Assembly (NCBI GenBank): GCA_036172245.1
Contig: JAYWIR010000049.1
Span: forward strand, 124,001-188,000
DNA from: Raillietiella orientalis
Lineage: Eukaryota
Length of the DNA: 64,000 nt
Direction of reading: 5' to 3'
In this document: in pieces, positions 48,850 through 62,500 of the stretch
Numbering within the stretch: position 1 is the first letter of the stretch
Layout: every line of letters starts with the position of its first letter
Program-made: the position numbers and the translations under genes
The notes under the pieces: generated by a model
The model's database searches: none
Seen by the model: only the letters and a program-made list of their open reading frames with translations
What the model was told of the DNA's origin: nothing

Positions 48850-49830
48850 GAAGTAAAGGAAGAAGGGGCAAACAAAAAGAAAAACAAAAAAGACGCTGAC
48901 AAAAGAAAGGGTGGGCTGTAGAAGGGATCACCGTTGCAATGCAGGCCGTCCTGCATATCGTTTCCAATATGCTGGCAAGCCGTATCCGTAAGCGTTCCAG
49001 ATGAGGCCACCTGGCTGCGGGACTAGGGAAGTGCAGGGCGGAGAGATGGCGTCCCTATCGTTCTGTCGAAAACTGGTGCTGCTCCAGGCCGCCACAATCC
49101 CACGTAGGCAGCACGGGGCTTCTAGGACTGCGGCAGGCGAAAGTTCGTCGAGAACAAACAGGTGCTTGTACACGTCTGTGGGAGCGTTCTAAGGTGCTCC
49201 TAGGGCCGCTGCAAAACGCGACCACAGTAGCTGGACGGCAACGCATTCAATAAATAGGTTCGGGGGAGAATCCTTGTACTCGCACCTGACGATTTTGGGT
49301 CCACTACCCCACTTGTCCAGTGAGATCGGCGAGCGTTCCTGAGGTGTCGCCAGTTCGCCACCAGAAACTCCTACTCTGGGGAGGGAACCGGGTATTCTGC
49401 AGTACTGGGGAACACACGAGTCCTTCCAACGGGATGCTGAGAAGCTCTTCCCCGCTCAATAGTCCCTGCGGTGGGGCGCGTATGATCTCAACGTCAGTTA
49501 ACTGGCCCATGGTCCAACTCAACTTTCCGTTCTCTCTTCTTGATCAAGTGCATAGAACCTACCATTTTGCCGCCTGTTGTAATAAAAGTGCAGCATTCGC
49601 TACCCCAACTCCGTGCCTTCTTCCTTCTTTTGGGCAAATGTGCGAAGATTTTCCTGCAGGCACTACCGTTCGTGGAATGGCAGGAAATCCAGGTGTTCTC
49701 CTGGTCAGTTTGCTCACTCTGCTGCGCTAGGGTCAGCACCAGGACACGCTGCGTCTGCGTTGCTGCGTCAGGAACGATTCTCTCGCGAGTGCATCGGAGC
49801 GTTTATCAAATAAAAAAGGACATAACAAGG
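48850..49830 (-). mobile_element. Degraded LINE 3' fragment with the start of the 3' UTR
   Basis: CCLRGIVAAWS, then gtgatccctt and a pyrimidine tract; spans the inner boundary of the right arm. Confidence 0.78.
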
Positions 49831-50520
49831 ATTGCGGTACGACCAGCGGTCCAGCCACGCCAGGGTTTCCATTGATTTCATAAAGCATTGATTTGAATTT
49901 GTAGAGATATGTAAGTAACATAACTCATGTGGTGATATTGATTTATGTCTCCATCCGCCATGTGGACTACTAGTTAGGAACTATATTGACACCAATTATG
50001 CCAGTATACATTCATCAACGTACGTGCTCCTCCACTATCAGTGTAAAGAGTATGTATGCTAATAAATGCGTATATTCAAAACCACTCTATGAACGTTCAG
50101 AAGGCACATTCATTTATTTTTTAGCATCTTCAGACGCTTCTAATCCCAAGTTATCTTTTCCGGCAGTGCTTTCGTCTTACAGTTCCTTCATTCACCAAGA
50201 ATATGAAGGGGGCACCACGTCATAGGCTGCTGTACACTGTACCACCAATAGTGACTCGCCCAACAACAATACTCAGTTTCTACTTTTTTCTTTTATAGGT
50301 TCTCGAATAGGAATTGCATGTTTTTGAAAACTCCCGTTCTAGGGAAAAAAACTAAGCAATCAAGATGAGCCTTGGCAATAGCTCAGAGGAAGAACATTCG
50401 TCCTTTTTTGTTCCATTTGGTAATTCGCCTTCTTTACCCACCAGAACTCGTCTCTATAAATACTTTGCCTACAACAACTGCGGAGTCATTTGCTTGCTCC
50501 CCATCGTGAAACCCACAAAG

Positions 50521-53243
50521 ATGTTCCCCAACAACTTCTGGAAGATACTCCTTCTCTGTGCACCTTTAGCAGCAGCTGCCTTCGGCTCAGGAAATGAAAC
50601 GAAAACCAGCAGATCGCGTAAGTCGGAAACGAAAGAATGAAGTAATGCGTTGCTGTTGTTCTTTGTGACTGTATTGCATTGATGTGAACGGTCATCCAGC
50701 ATAAGGATGAGTGGCCGACGTCCTCACGCATGGGCAACGGAAATTCGGTTCGCCCATGATGTCGTGTTCAGGGGCCGTTCAGTAGAGAGGGAAGGATTGA
50801 GTTGACTGCTGGGAACCCTGCGTAGGGTCTCCGAGATCAGCTTACTGCACTGAGAGCCGTCTTTTCACTTGCATCTGCTTCGTTCTCTTCGATTGAACTG
50901 TAGACTCTTCTTTAAGGTCATAGGCATCATAGCCCTTGGAAACGTCTGCATACTGTGCATGCAATTACCGTGCTCACACCATTAAGCATATACCAATTCG
51001 TCCATCATTTTTCTTTCTGTTCGTAACAAGACTTCAAAGCATCTTCAATATCTTTCTCTTTTAGAAGGACGGTCCTACGGTGTTGCGCGTTGGTTTGCGA
51101 AGACTGTGCGGCCCATCTGCCCGTGGAGATGGCTTTCACCCTTGTCAATGCATCAGCTGTATGTTTGCATCACGCAGCTTCTGTCGTTTCAGTGGGCCAA
51201 TGGCTTCTCGTCAGGATACAACATACTGGCTGTCAGATCGGAGGAAACCATGGCACCTGTCTGTCCGCAAGGGAGTGTACAAGGGAGAATGGCACCTCTG
51301 TAGGAGCGTGCGCTTTGGGAATTGGAGTGTGCTGCATGGGTAAAATTGGAAGAATTGAAATCCTGTAAAAGAATGATGAGGGGTTCTCGCGTTTCAGTGC
51401 GATTGGGGTGCGCTGGAAGAACAAACTCGAACAACACCAGCTTCATGCCATCGGGCAATATACTCATGACTGGTGGTCAGTGCCAACTAACGGTTACTCG
51501 TCAAAGGCCCTCTGTTAGTCAGCTTCGGTAAGTGTTCTTCTGGCTTAGTTCCTGATAGTGAATAAATGGAAAGAAATACGAGTAACCCAAATCCTCTTCT
51601 TCTGAAGAGCGTTCCGTACAGGGCGGTTCTGTATAGGTTAGTAACCATGGAAAGTAGGTTGCTCTCGAACTGCAGTTCCGGAAGAGATAACCAGTGTCGT
51701 TTCTCAGGCCGAGGTGCACTCGATTCCGTTGTCAAAAAATCTCGCTCCCTCTTATCGAGAGTCACCTAAGTGCGTTTCTCTATTTTCCGTCCGCAAACCG
51801 AAATGAGGAAAACGTTCCCTTCTGGAATGAAAGTGTACGCGAAAGTCTGAAAAGATGGAACGTGGTTGCGTGGAATGCAGAGCTCTTTTTGCATGAAGCA
51901 TTTTTTTTTCAGAATCAACTTGGCGCCCCTGAACATTATGCCTCCAACTATGGCAACTGCATTATGTAGTATGGATATGTTCACAATCTCGGTGGCTGGA
52001 TCGCCACGCGCGATTTTGCCACCGATTTGTGGAGCCAATAATAACAACCACAGTGAGTATCCCTCGGATATATCGATTGTTTATATCCCAAAACACTGCC
52101 GGTTTTTACACTCTTCGAGAGGGAGTGTCGCATACGACCGACATCGCTGGCGTTAATTGCTTCCTTCTTTGGACTATTTTCTACGTCAAGCTGTATTACA
52201 AGCAGTTCATTCGCCTCGACATTCGTATGAAGCGTGGTCTTCCAGATGCAGCATCTGCTTGCCCGCCTGGAAGCAACTTCGGCATGCAAGCAGATCTGCC
52301 GCCGGAGACGCGTCTCTTTCTGACTATTGGGCTTCCCGAGTTTCGGGGATCTCTGCATACGAGTGAGCTGTCTTCGAAGAGATGTTTTCTTTTCAGTCTA
52401 CGTGCAGTTCCCTCAAACGGGTGGCGACATCATGCTAAGTTTCACACTTGTCGCACCTCCTGCTATGGCTGCTCCACGTACGTGGACGCTGGTCTTGATG
52501 CAGATTCCAACTGGGGACTACGCAGGTAAGAAGCGAGCTCGTTTTCTCATATGGGGATGTTATTTAAAACGTGGCAATCTACCTATATTTGGGTGAGGTC
52601 TCTCTGTGGATGAATGCACGGGTGAGTTGCAGCAATTCTCCACACGTATATATTTGTGCCTTGTGAATTCGTATGCCATCCGAGACTCTTCCAAGTCTTG
52701 TGCTTAATTTGGTTTCTAGCACCCAATGGATGCTTGCAGTTCTTCACGGGAATCATTGGGACTTTGACATCTTTTGCGTGGACGGGAGTTGCTGGTTCCG
52801 TTCTCGTGACTAATCTGGATTACCAAATCTGCATTCGACAGGAAATGGGACGCAGAGTGCTGTGTTTAATTCCTATGCCTGTGGCTGCGCACACGGGGTT
52901 CTCAATAGACAATGCTGCAGCCACGTCCTTGACGAACAGCGCTGGAGTTAACTGCAGGACTGACTTCCTCCAAATCAGCTGCGGTGCCTCTATGGCGAAC
53001 GCATTGCTTCCAACCGCTCCTTGCATCCAGAATCGCTTCTGCGCTGGCGTTCTCCATCCAGTGACCGCCATGATGCCGCCTTCCATGCCAGTTTGCAGTA
53101 AGTTCCAATATCCTCCCACGGCTTTCTATCCCATATGCTTTCCAGCGCGTATCCTGCCGTTCATGCTGCGAATTCGTACCGACAACGCTGTTGCCAGCGC
53201 TGCCAACAACCGTGGATTCAACTTGATCTTCTCGCAGTTATAA
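50521..53243 (+). CDS. Secreted Cys-rich CUB-like protein, 7 exons (50521-50617, 51193-51339, 51398-51527, 51913-52052, 52397-52525, 52720-53097, 53146-53243), ~372 aa
   Basis: Signal-peptide-like MFPNNFWKILLLCAPLAAA; GTCLSAREC..GACALGIGVCC, PPICG.N, APNGCLQFFTG, DYQICIRQE, RFC, RGFNLIFSQ match an arthropod CUB-like family as I recall it; all introns GT-AG with consistent phases, total 1119 nt. Confidence 0.85.
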
Positions 53244-56200
53244 TCTTGAACGTGGACGCTTCCATCTCTGTGGAAGAACTATTGGTGGCCCATGTTTTCC
53301 TTGTGGACTGCGACACTCCGAGTCGTCTGAAAGTTCAGGAGCACATTATCGTTGATCTGCCCCACTCTCGTCTGTTCCCCGACTGTGTACTCTTTTATTT
53401 TTTCTATACCCACAAAATAGCCCTCGAAGTATTTTCAGGAACCTCAAGGAGCTTCCTGGAACGCTTGCTAGTGTTTACGAATGAGCGAGCGAGACGAATT
53501 CCCCCTGCGTACTCTCTAGCTGTCATGCGTTCTTCGTGCTTCAGAAGATATCCGTGTGTTCGATGGAGTTTTCGAGCCTGTTCGAGATGAGAGGGCGAAC
53601 GTTATGGACGCACCATCTGAGCAACACTTTCGCCGTTTCCCCCCTTTACAGCCAGCATGGGTGGAAAACAAATCCGACGTTCACCGACAGAGTTGGATTC
53701 GAAATCTGTGAAGTTTTCTCGAAACTGTGTCCCCTCCCACTCTCATGTGATCGAACTGCAAAGCGTTTTTTACATTTAATTGAGCATTGCTGTGTTCAAA
53801 TTTTGTTTTGGTGCATCCCCTCCATGCCAGCAGCGGCACGGACAACCGTAAAGTCTGAAGGTGTGAAAGTTGAGCGGAAGCGGTGGGGTTTTCTGATATA
53901 ACTGCTGACATTGGTGACTACAACGGGTTCGACGGGGAGGCCGACGAGACATCTTCACGTTGCTGGGGAATTTGCTCGTGTCAGCCACTCCCATCAGCCT
54001 CAGAGATTCCACCTCGGGCGCCACCACGGAAGGGTGGAAGCGACCGCACCGTGACCTGCACAACGGTTCGTGTTAGGTGTCGGACAAAAACCACGAAGAC
54101 GGTCGGTCCTTTCTGATCATTTTCTCTTTGATGCTTTTGAAACTCCCATCAACATTGACCCTTTTTGTATGTGGGTCAGCTGAAGGTGAATGCACAGTGT
54201 CGTTTGCTCCAAAGGAATGGTGTGAGTCATCGTCGAAGACCGTGTGGAGGGAGACCACCGCGCTCAGCACCAAGAGCCGCTTCTTCGATTCCCACACGGG
54301 GAACGGTCGACGGCAACACAAATAGTTCGTCCATGAAGTTTCCTATTTGGTTGAAAACCCCAAATAAGTGGGTCGACGTACTCGTAAGTTCCAACGAGAG
54401 GAGACATCTGTACCAGATTAATTGTCCGAACTTACTCGGGGAATCAAACTCCGGAAATCAAGAAATTCCTCTGTGTTCACATCCAAATGCGAAAATCAAA
54501 CATTAGGACCGATGGTCAGAGAACCTACCAACGCGTGCCATGGCGCCGGTTGATACCCCTGTTAAAGAGTTGCGTTTCCGTCGGTTGAAGGTGAACGCTG
54601 CTCGTGGAGTGATCCTCCTGATTGGAGGGAACAATAAGAGGTTCCTTTCAAACTTCCATCCCGAGGGGAAATGGTATGCTGCTTTTCCTTAAAGTCCATT
54701 ACGAGAAGATGAGGAAAAACATCCTTTTAGAAATCCTTCGAAACACCTCGCAGAAACGGACTGATCAGTGGCGCTCTTCCTGGAGTCAGGAAGTGGCTCC
54801 TCCACGGGATCCCACTATTTCCAACATTTACACACACCCAGCAAAAGGCGTGCAGCCTCATAATGAGCTGCGCGAGCCGTCAGGCAGACTCCGCTTTTTG
54901 AGGTATTTGGCGAATTAAGACAAGGAAAACAGGAAACACAATAAGAAGCCGAAAAAACAGAACCGAAGACACAAAATTCAACTGAAGCCTCATGCTTCTT
55001 CTATGAAGCTCTCTTTCCGTATCCACGGGAACCACAGCCAGCAACGCAGCGAAGAAGTTTAGGATCCTCGACTTTCCAGAGGTCCTTTTATAAACGCACA
55101 GCTCATGTGGATGGGTGCGTGGGACACAGATTTCAACTTTCTTCGATTTTTCTGGAGTAAATTTTTCATGCCCGAAGCGCAGCATCCACGAAATTCGGAC
55201 ATAGCAAATGAAAGTTCGTTCTCATATTGTCATTCGGTACAGCGTAAATTCTGAAGCAATTATCAGTGATCTTCCATCGCAGATCATTCTGGGAAACTAC
55301 GAATACTGTCAGCCCGTTCCAGGAATTCCCAACGCACCTCCACCACTTAATCCTTCGAGTGCGCCGTCGTTGCTGTGTGCACCATCCACTGATTCTGCTT
55401 TACTGAAGGAATTGCGTCATGTTTTCTGAGATGTCAGTGCAAATTCTTCAGCTGAGTGCTGCGCAATCAGTCAGACTGTCTTGATCATCCGCATAAAATG
55501 CTCCAATTTCACACTCCGCTGCTACGAAAACCGAAGATTATCCTGGGCTGCACCCAGTTGTTGCGGACTCATCACTTGAACAAATCAGCTGCGCATTTTC
55601 TATCCGTGAGCGGATTCATCCCTTCAACTAAGGAGCGCACAGATGCAACGCATCTTTCTATGAGTGCCCTTCAGAGATGGAAGTTCTCCTGGAATAACGA
55701 GAAGAAAGCGAACTTCTCAACAGGAATCAGCGTTCACGAAACGGACGTTCTACATTGATTAAACGTAGAGGGCATGAATATGATTCAGCCGTACCGGAAG
55801 AAGGAGAGAAAGCACAGAAGGAAAAACTTCGATTCAGAATTTTGGATCTCTTAGGGTGGGAAGCAGTCGGTCTGCATGTCCGCCTAGCGCTGGGGCAGCT
55901 ACGCAGTGTTCCGAATTACCATGACAAAGGAGAGAGAATTGAACTCCAAGGAAACTTTTAATGATTAACTGTGACTTACCGATTACCGCTCTTTGATTAG
56001 CTGCTGACGAGCACCGTTCTCGGCGTTCGCGCGCTCAGATATCCCCGCAGCCACTGCCCCTCTCGGATGACCAATTGAATGGGTGCTCCAGGAAACCCGT
56101 GGACTTGTTTGGAACCCGCTCTTGACCAGCAAGCAAGGGAAGCACTCATTCGAAGACTGCATGACCGTTTTGTCCTGCCGGGGACGTCCAGTTAGGATAA

Positions 56201-59161
56201 AGGCAGCCGACCTGCGATTCCCGCTGGGATGACAAGTCCTTCTCGCTAGAGCGCAAGACGAAAAGCTGCTGCACATAGAAAGGGAGATGCGGAGAAACAG
56301 AGTCCGCTCGGCATTATGCCTTTCGATCCAAAACGCGCGTTTGCTGAGCATCTTCGGTCTCACGAACTGAGCTGAAGATGGCCGAGGAGGGATAATCTTC
56401 CGCAAGGATATGAAGAAGCATGAAGAGAGGAAGGATTCCTGGCAATCCATAAGCAGATGCGGCGTTGTCCCTTTCTCTTGACCCTCCAAAGGGCGGTGTG
56501 ACTTTGAAGTCACATACCAACATATCGATACCTCTTTATTTCTACACTTCATGTGTTTTCGACCTGACTTCTTTTCTTTTGGTTTTCTCTCAGGAACCTC
56601 CCTCTCTCTCAACTCGTTTGTTTATTTATTTCTACGTTATATTCATGTATCCAAAATGAAAGTCGCTACGTCACCGAATGACAATTTGGAATTCTTGGGT
56701 TCACTTCCCTTGAGGTACTCTTGGATGTGCCCCGAAACGGTCCGCATGTCGCAGTCTCCTACACGTCGGAGTCCAGCTAGAAACACAGATTTGGTCAGTT
56801 CCTGTTGACGAGCGCATCACAGCTGCAAGATGCTTGCAACTCAACCAATAGAAATTCCTTTTCAACGTGCAACAGACCCAGCGTGCAAAAAGTAGACACC
56901 CCGATGTCTGAGATCTATCTCTTCTGCACAAGTAGACTTGTGCATCTTTGCTTGTTTCGGCTTTTGTTTGTGTTGTTTTTATACAGCAAACGTGCAAACT
57001 ATTAATACCATCTTCACGACGATGGTAAAAAGAGATCTGTCTTTCTGTATCCCCACCTCTTCCCAGGGGGTGGCACTCCAGTTCTGCATCCTTCCTAGAG
57101 GATGCAGAACTGGAAACAGCAAATCCAAGTTGACTATGACAAATGGCAGCCTTCTTGTATTAGAAAGCTCCCTGGACTAGCAGCCTTGCGTTAAATCACA
57201 AGCGAATAGAAACTGCGGAAGGAAGCGTCTAGGAGCCGTTCTTATCCTATTTCTGCCGGTTGCTCGCCCCATGCACCCCACAAGGTCACGAGAGAAATTC
57301 CTAGCACCAGGAAACATCTGAAGATCCACGCTTCACCCACACGTCCGCTGGCGCTTGGGTTCGCGGGATCTGAGATTCACTGTTTTGTCGTCGCCGACCT
57401 CTCGCGCAGTGTCAGGGAGTCACTCCGCAGGATGGTCACGCTTGCGCCGCTCGTCAAGAGCCCGGAGCAAGTCCTCAGTCGCGTACAGGAAGGTAGGGCG
57501 GCAAGGGAGTCCCTGAATTCCGGGTTAGATGGAAACGCATACTCTGTTGAACCAGCAGAAATCACATGAGATCACGGCTCCGGAAACCGAAGGAGGCGCA
57601 AAAGTTCTTCGGAGGGGGAAGGGTGGTGGGGAACTGCCTGGATCTAAGAAATAGGAAACCAAAACGTGCCTTCGTTTTGCAGAGGCTCCTTGTCCACGCA
57701 ATCGACTGAGGAAAGAGATTAATGGAAGTTTTTTCTTTGGAAACTTTGGTCGCATGAAAAAAAGAGCATCCAGACATGGATTTGTCGGAATTATGTCAGT
57801 TCTTTTCAGTAGTACTTGCTCGGACCCATTCGCGAGTATCATACAAGTGTACATTTGTGCGTGTGGGCATTGGTGTACATTTGCGTTCCATCTAGGACAA
57901 CGACAGACGAGGTCGGGATATACGTGGAGAGTTTGCGTGTGCCGCTATTATTCCGTGCATGCATGCATACACACATTCTCTTCATAACCATACACACGCA
58001 GAAGAATCTCGTACATAATCTTGTGCAGAAGTACATAATCTTGTGTACTTGGTGCATGCGTACACAAGGACACAATGGCTCCTGGAGTCTTCATATGCTC
58101 TCTGGGCACCGGGGAACCTCATCTTCTTGGAAAACGAACAAATGGAAGTAATAGAAATTTGGAAAGAGTAATCATTAAGAAGCTGTGCTTAATTCCACTG
58201 CTACTACCAGGCACGCTTAGTTGGTCACTGAATGAGTCACTGAAGCCGCTAGAAAATGCTAGAAATTCCTGGGCCGACAGAATTGCCAAACGATCAAAAC
58301 TCCGAATGCCGAACCAACAAATCGTAAAAATAAAAGCAACTGTTTCTGATGTGCATCAATATGCATTCATATATTTGTAAGAATTGCTTATCCAATGAAT
58401 ATGAGATTATGGAAGTATAAACTAAAAAATAATCGTGACCATTAAAAATAGTTAAAATCAATGAATAGGCAAACAAATAAAAAATGATAATTCTCCTAAT
58501 CAGAACGTGTGTGTTCATCAATATTTGCAAAATATGTATTTTAAAATGTATTTTCATATGAACCTATATTTAGATATGCATTTTAGTACACATACTGAGC
58601 ACATGTGTTCACATTCTCTAATTTCATAGTACATGTTCATCCAGATATATATATAACAAACATGTGTATTTATTCTGTAGAAACCTTCGAATACGTATTT
58701 AAGTCTACAAAAGTTGATGCTTTTACAATGTTTAGAATATCTATTAGTCTATATGGAATTGCATATATTTATATAAATACTAATCATGTTTATGTACTTC
58801 ATATGGTCTTTCGCGGAGGCGACATTCTGGATTTTGATCCTTCTCGGGTTTTGAACCGAACCCTATCGACGCAATTGCAAGTGGACGGAACCCTTCGGGT
58901 GTTCCTCGTAACCACTGTTAAGCCCTAAGGGTGTTTCAATAGGAGTGCCCCTTGGAGAGGGAGGGCACCACTCCAAGGTGCAGGCGAGGCTCTGCGCCAA
59001 CGGCACTGGCGTTTCGCATCTCCTGAAATGGCCAGGACGCCTGTGGGAACGGGCGCAGAACTTGGCATCTCGCTTTGCACACCGACCCAGGAAGGTGTGA
59101 ACTCTGGCCCCTGGCCAGCGGGATGCCAAGCGAACGCGAAACATGAAAAGTAGCGCATTAC

Positions 59162-59594
59162 TATTTCGAGCTCCTCCTTGCTGAATATGTACACGAGCGA
59201 GAACCTCAGCCCGACCAGGAAGATGAGCAACAAGGGCAGCGCGAGTGCCAGAATGGTGATGGACTTGGCGATCCACAACAGCGCGAAGCCTGCCAGCTGA
59301 ATGAAGGTGTACAGGTGCATCCTCCAGGTTTTTATCTGGAGCAAGGGAACAGTGAGCGGGAGCGACCGTGATGGACATTCGTTACCTTCTGCACGTATTG
59401 AACATTGGGGTGGTGCTCCATGGGGATGAGCAAAAGTTTCAGGCGATCGTACAATTGAGTTCCCTGCATGTTGATCACACCAAGGTAGAGGAAGATCCCA
59501 AACACCACGGAAGTAGGGATCCTTTTCAGGATGGGACTCATGAGCACAGATATTCCCAAGAGAACGCTGATGAGGAAGCTGCTGACTCTCTGCT
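59162..59594 (-). CDS. Mirror copy of the SLC4 C-terminal exons; partial
   Basis: Identical translation on the minus strand. Confidence 0.88.
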
Positions 59595-62500
59595 CTGGTG
59601 AAAGCGAAAACATGGAGCTCAGTTTTTAAGAAGCCGAAGGTTTTCTGCAGTTTATTTAGCATTTAGTAACATACATTACTTTTACATATATAGTAGTATA
59701 TATATGTAGTAGTTCCTCGGTACTCGTTGGTAATTGGTTTCAAAAATCCAATAACCCCATCGCGCGTCCACGCAAGCCACACGGACGAGCACGCGAGCCA
59801 CAAGCAAAACCTTGCAAGCAAGAAACATCAAAAAGAGGGGGAAAATTCAAAAAATTGATGGATGAATGATAACGATTTTTTTTGTCACCCCCCCTCCCCT
59901 CCCAGTGCGGCGAACCTCCCCATATTTCCATGAGTCTGTAGGAATCTCTGCCCGTTCGGGCATTAAACCGAGTTCTTCTGAGAGAGGCACTGCTCTTTCG
60001 CAGAGTTGAGACAGCGGGAATTGAGAGTGCAATACCTCTCGCCCAACGCCCTTTCTTTTGTTTTTTGCTGATACGACAGAAAGCAATGTACTAAATTCAG
60101 GATTGCATAATGATTCGGTTTTTCTGATTTATTCGGTTGTGCATTGATGATTGTGGCCCACTCTGGTGGCCCTGCGGTGGCGGTCTGCTTGAGCGACCCC
60201 GAGCGTACCCGCATCGAATTCCGCACGCGGAAGGATGGCCGCCGTGAACCGGGAGGATGCGTTCGATTCCCCCCTACATGATGACGCCGGTTGTCCCTTC
60301 TTGGCGTCGAATCGGCCACTGTTGGAATCCGGGTGACTCCGTGGACTGGCCGGGATCGGAAGTCGACACTCCGGAATCCTTCCAGCAATCAAAGAGATGA
60401 ATTCCCTCCGGTGGTAAAAAAATAATGGGGCTGTTGCATGAAGCTGGCGGATGCTCACCTCTGGAGTTCGCCTCTCCAGAGTGTCTAGAAGCTCGATGTC
60501 CCTTCAAGGAGCGCCGTTCGGAGAAATCGGGAAGGGTGTTTTTGGGTTCTCTTCGGAGGAAGAGGAACAAGGAACGCTTCCCTGGGAGGAGGTGCCACCG
60601 GGGGAAAAATAGCAGGAGAAGAATGGATTCTCGATACCCTGAGCATCACGCACGTATTTCCCCTTTATATTACCGCCTGCATCGACCGTGAAAGTTCTCT
60701 TTGTCTCCATAGAGAAACGACCCAACTGGAAGCCAGTCGAATTCTTGTTCTTGCTTTCTTTAAAGTTTTTCTGGGGGTCGCCTTCAGAGAAGAGACGAGG
60801 AGTCACCCTCTCCGGAGTTCCCTCCGCAGGCAACCAGGGTGGAGGGTTCCATCTCAAGCGTAAGAGGAATGGAGTCTGCTTCCTGCGGTGCCTTCCTAAA
60901 TAAATACGGTGGTCATAACGGGATACCCCCTAACTTGGAGAGTCACGTACCCTCGGGAGGTGTGGACAGTCTTTAAAGTGCTTTGCAAGCCCGTCGTAAA
61001 GAGGAGAACGGTTCTTCAGCACTCTTTGGGTAGTAAAAAAGGAAAAAAGAAAAAGCTGGAAGTCAGGCAGCGACAACAAGAGAACCGAAAAGGATTAACA
61101 TCATTTCTTCTAAGTGGTAGGATTTGTGACGTAGTTGCGTAATGAAAGACATACGATTTTTTCTCCCCCCAAAAAAAGAAATATATGGGTGTATGGCAGT
61201 TAATTCCGATTTGTAAAGGAAAATCTGTCTTGGTAGTTGAAAGAAAACTTTGCAAATTGGCTGCCAGCAGTTGCGGTTGAACGGAAGAGTTGAATTCGCG
61301 TTATTCTAAGATTCATACCAGGATTAATTTTTTGATAAAATTCTAATTCATTTTTTAAAGATAGAATCAGGCATTCCAGTATCGGTAACGGATAGAAAAC
61401 AGATAGGAAGCGGACTTGTGTGATTACATGAGTTATTAAAAGAGTTGGCTTTTCAAATTATCGTTTACTAAGGACTTTAGTTAATGGCAATCCGCTAAGG
61501 AGTAATCTCTTCCGTGCTCGAGTGAAAAAACTATATGCCAGGAGCATATGTGCGCCCACCGTCCACTCCCGCGATTGACGCCGAACCAACTCGTGCGTCC
61601 TCAGCACTCATTGGATCAATAAATTTTCTTGGCCATGAGGAATCCAGAGCTTTAACCGGAACACTGGGTGCAAACGAGAAAGACTGAACGACGGTACACT
61701 AAATTTGGATATGCGAATGTAATTCATATCGGAGTGGGTTTCGATTACTACAAATAATTGCCTTTGGTCATGCACCGCCATCTCAACGTGCCACCCACCC
61801 TCAACCACCTGCGACTTCTCGGTGATTTGCAAGTGTTTGAAGATAAACATCGTAGGTGTTTTTGTGGTTATGGGAAACGATGAAAGAAATGGAATAAAAG
61901 AACGTTGAAAATGCGTGACTGCCCAATCCGAGCAATTTCTTGAGGTGCTGACGGATCCGTGCTCACGGAGATGAGGGAACAAACAAAACAAGTGGCAGAA
62001 CGTGTTATTGACGTACGAAAGGCGAAGAAGGCAAAGAAAACCCTTTTTGCTTTCCGTATCGAGTGGGATCCAACCGTTCCTTTAGAGAGGCGGACTATAC
62101 AAAAACAGAAAAGGTGTCTGAAACCAGCTGATGGCATGGTCGCCGAATACTTCAGGAATGCAGCGTACAAGGATGTGCTTCTGCGGACTATATGAGCGGT
62201 ATTCTGCCCCATATTTGTTTCCCAAACCACGCTCTTCCCTGTGCCTTTTGCCATCAACTTCTCCATGAGCGCTGAACTAGAAACTTGAATCTCCTGCCAC
62301 CTCCGAAACTGGGATGCCTGGATTCAGCACAGCAGTCCTGGGTAGCAACTTTGGAATTGCGCCTGGAAGAATCTTCAAGGCAAACTGTTGGGCGAAAGTT
62401 TTCGGGACTGAGAGCAATAGTCCTAAATACTCGTCTCGCTTCTTGACTCGACGCTGCACGTCCTCAGGGCAAACGGTGACTGCAGCCTACATGAGGAGTG

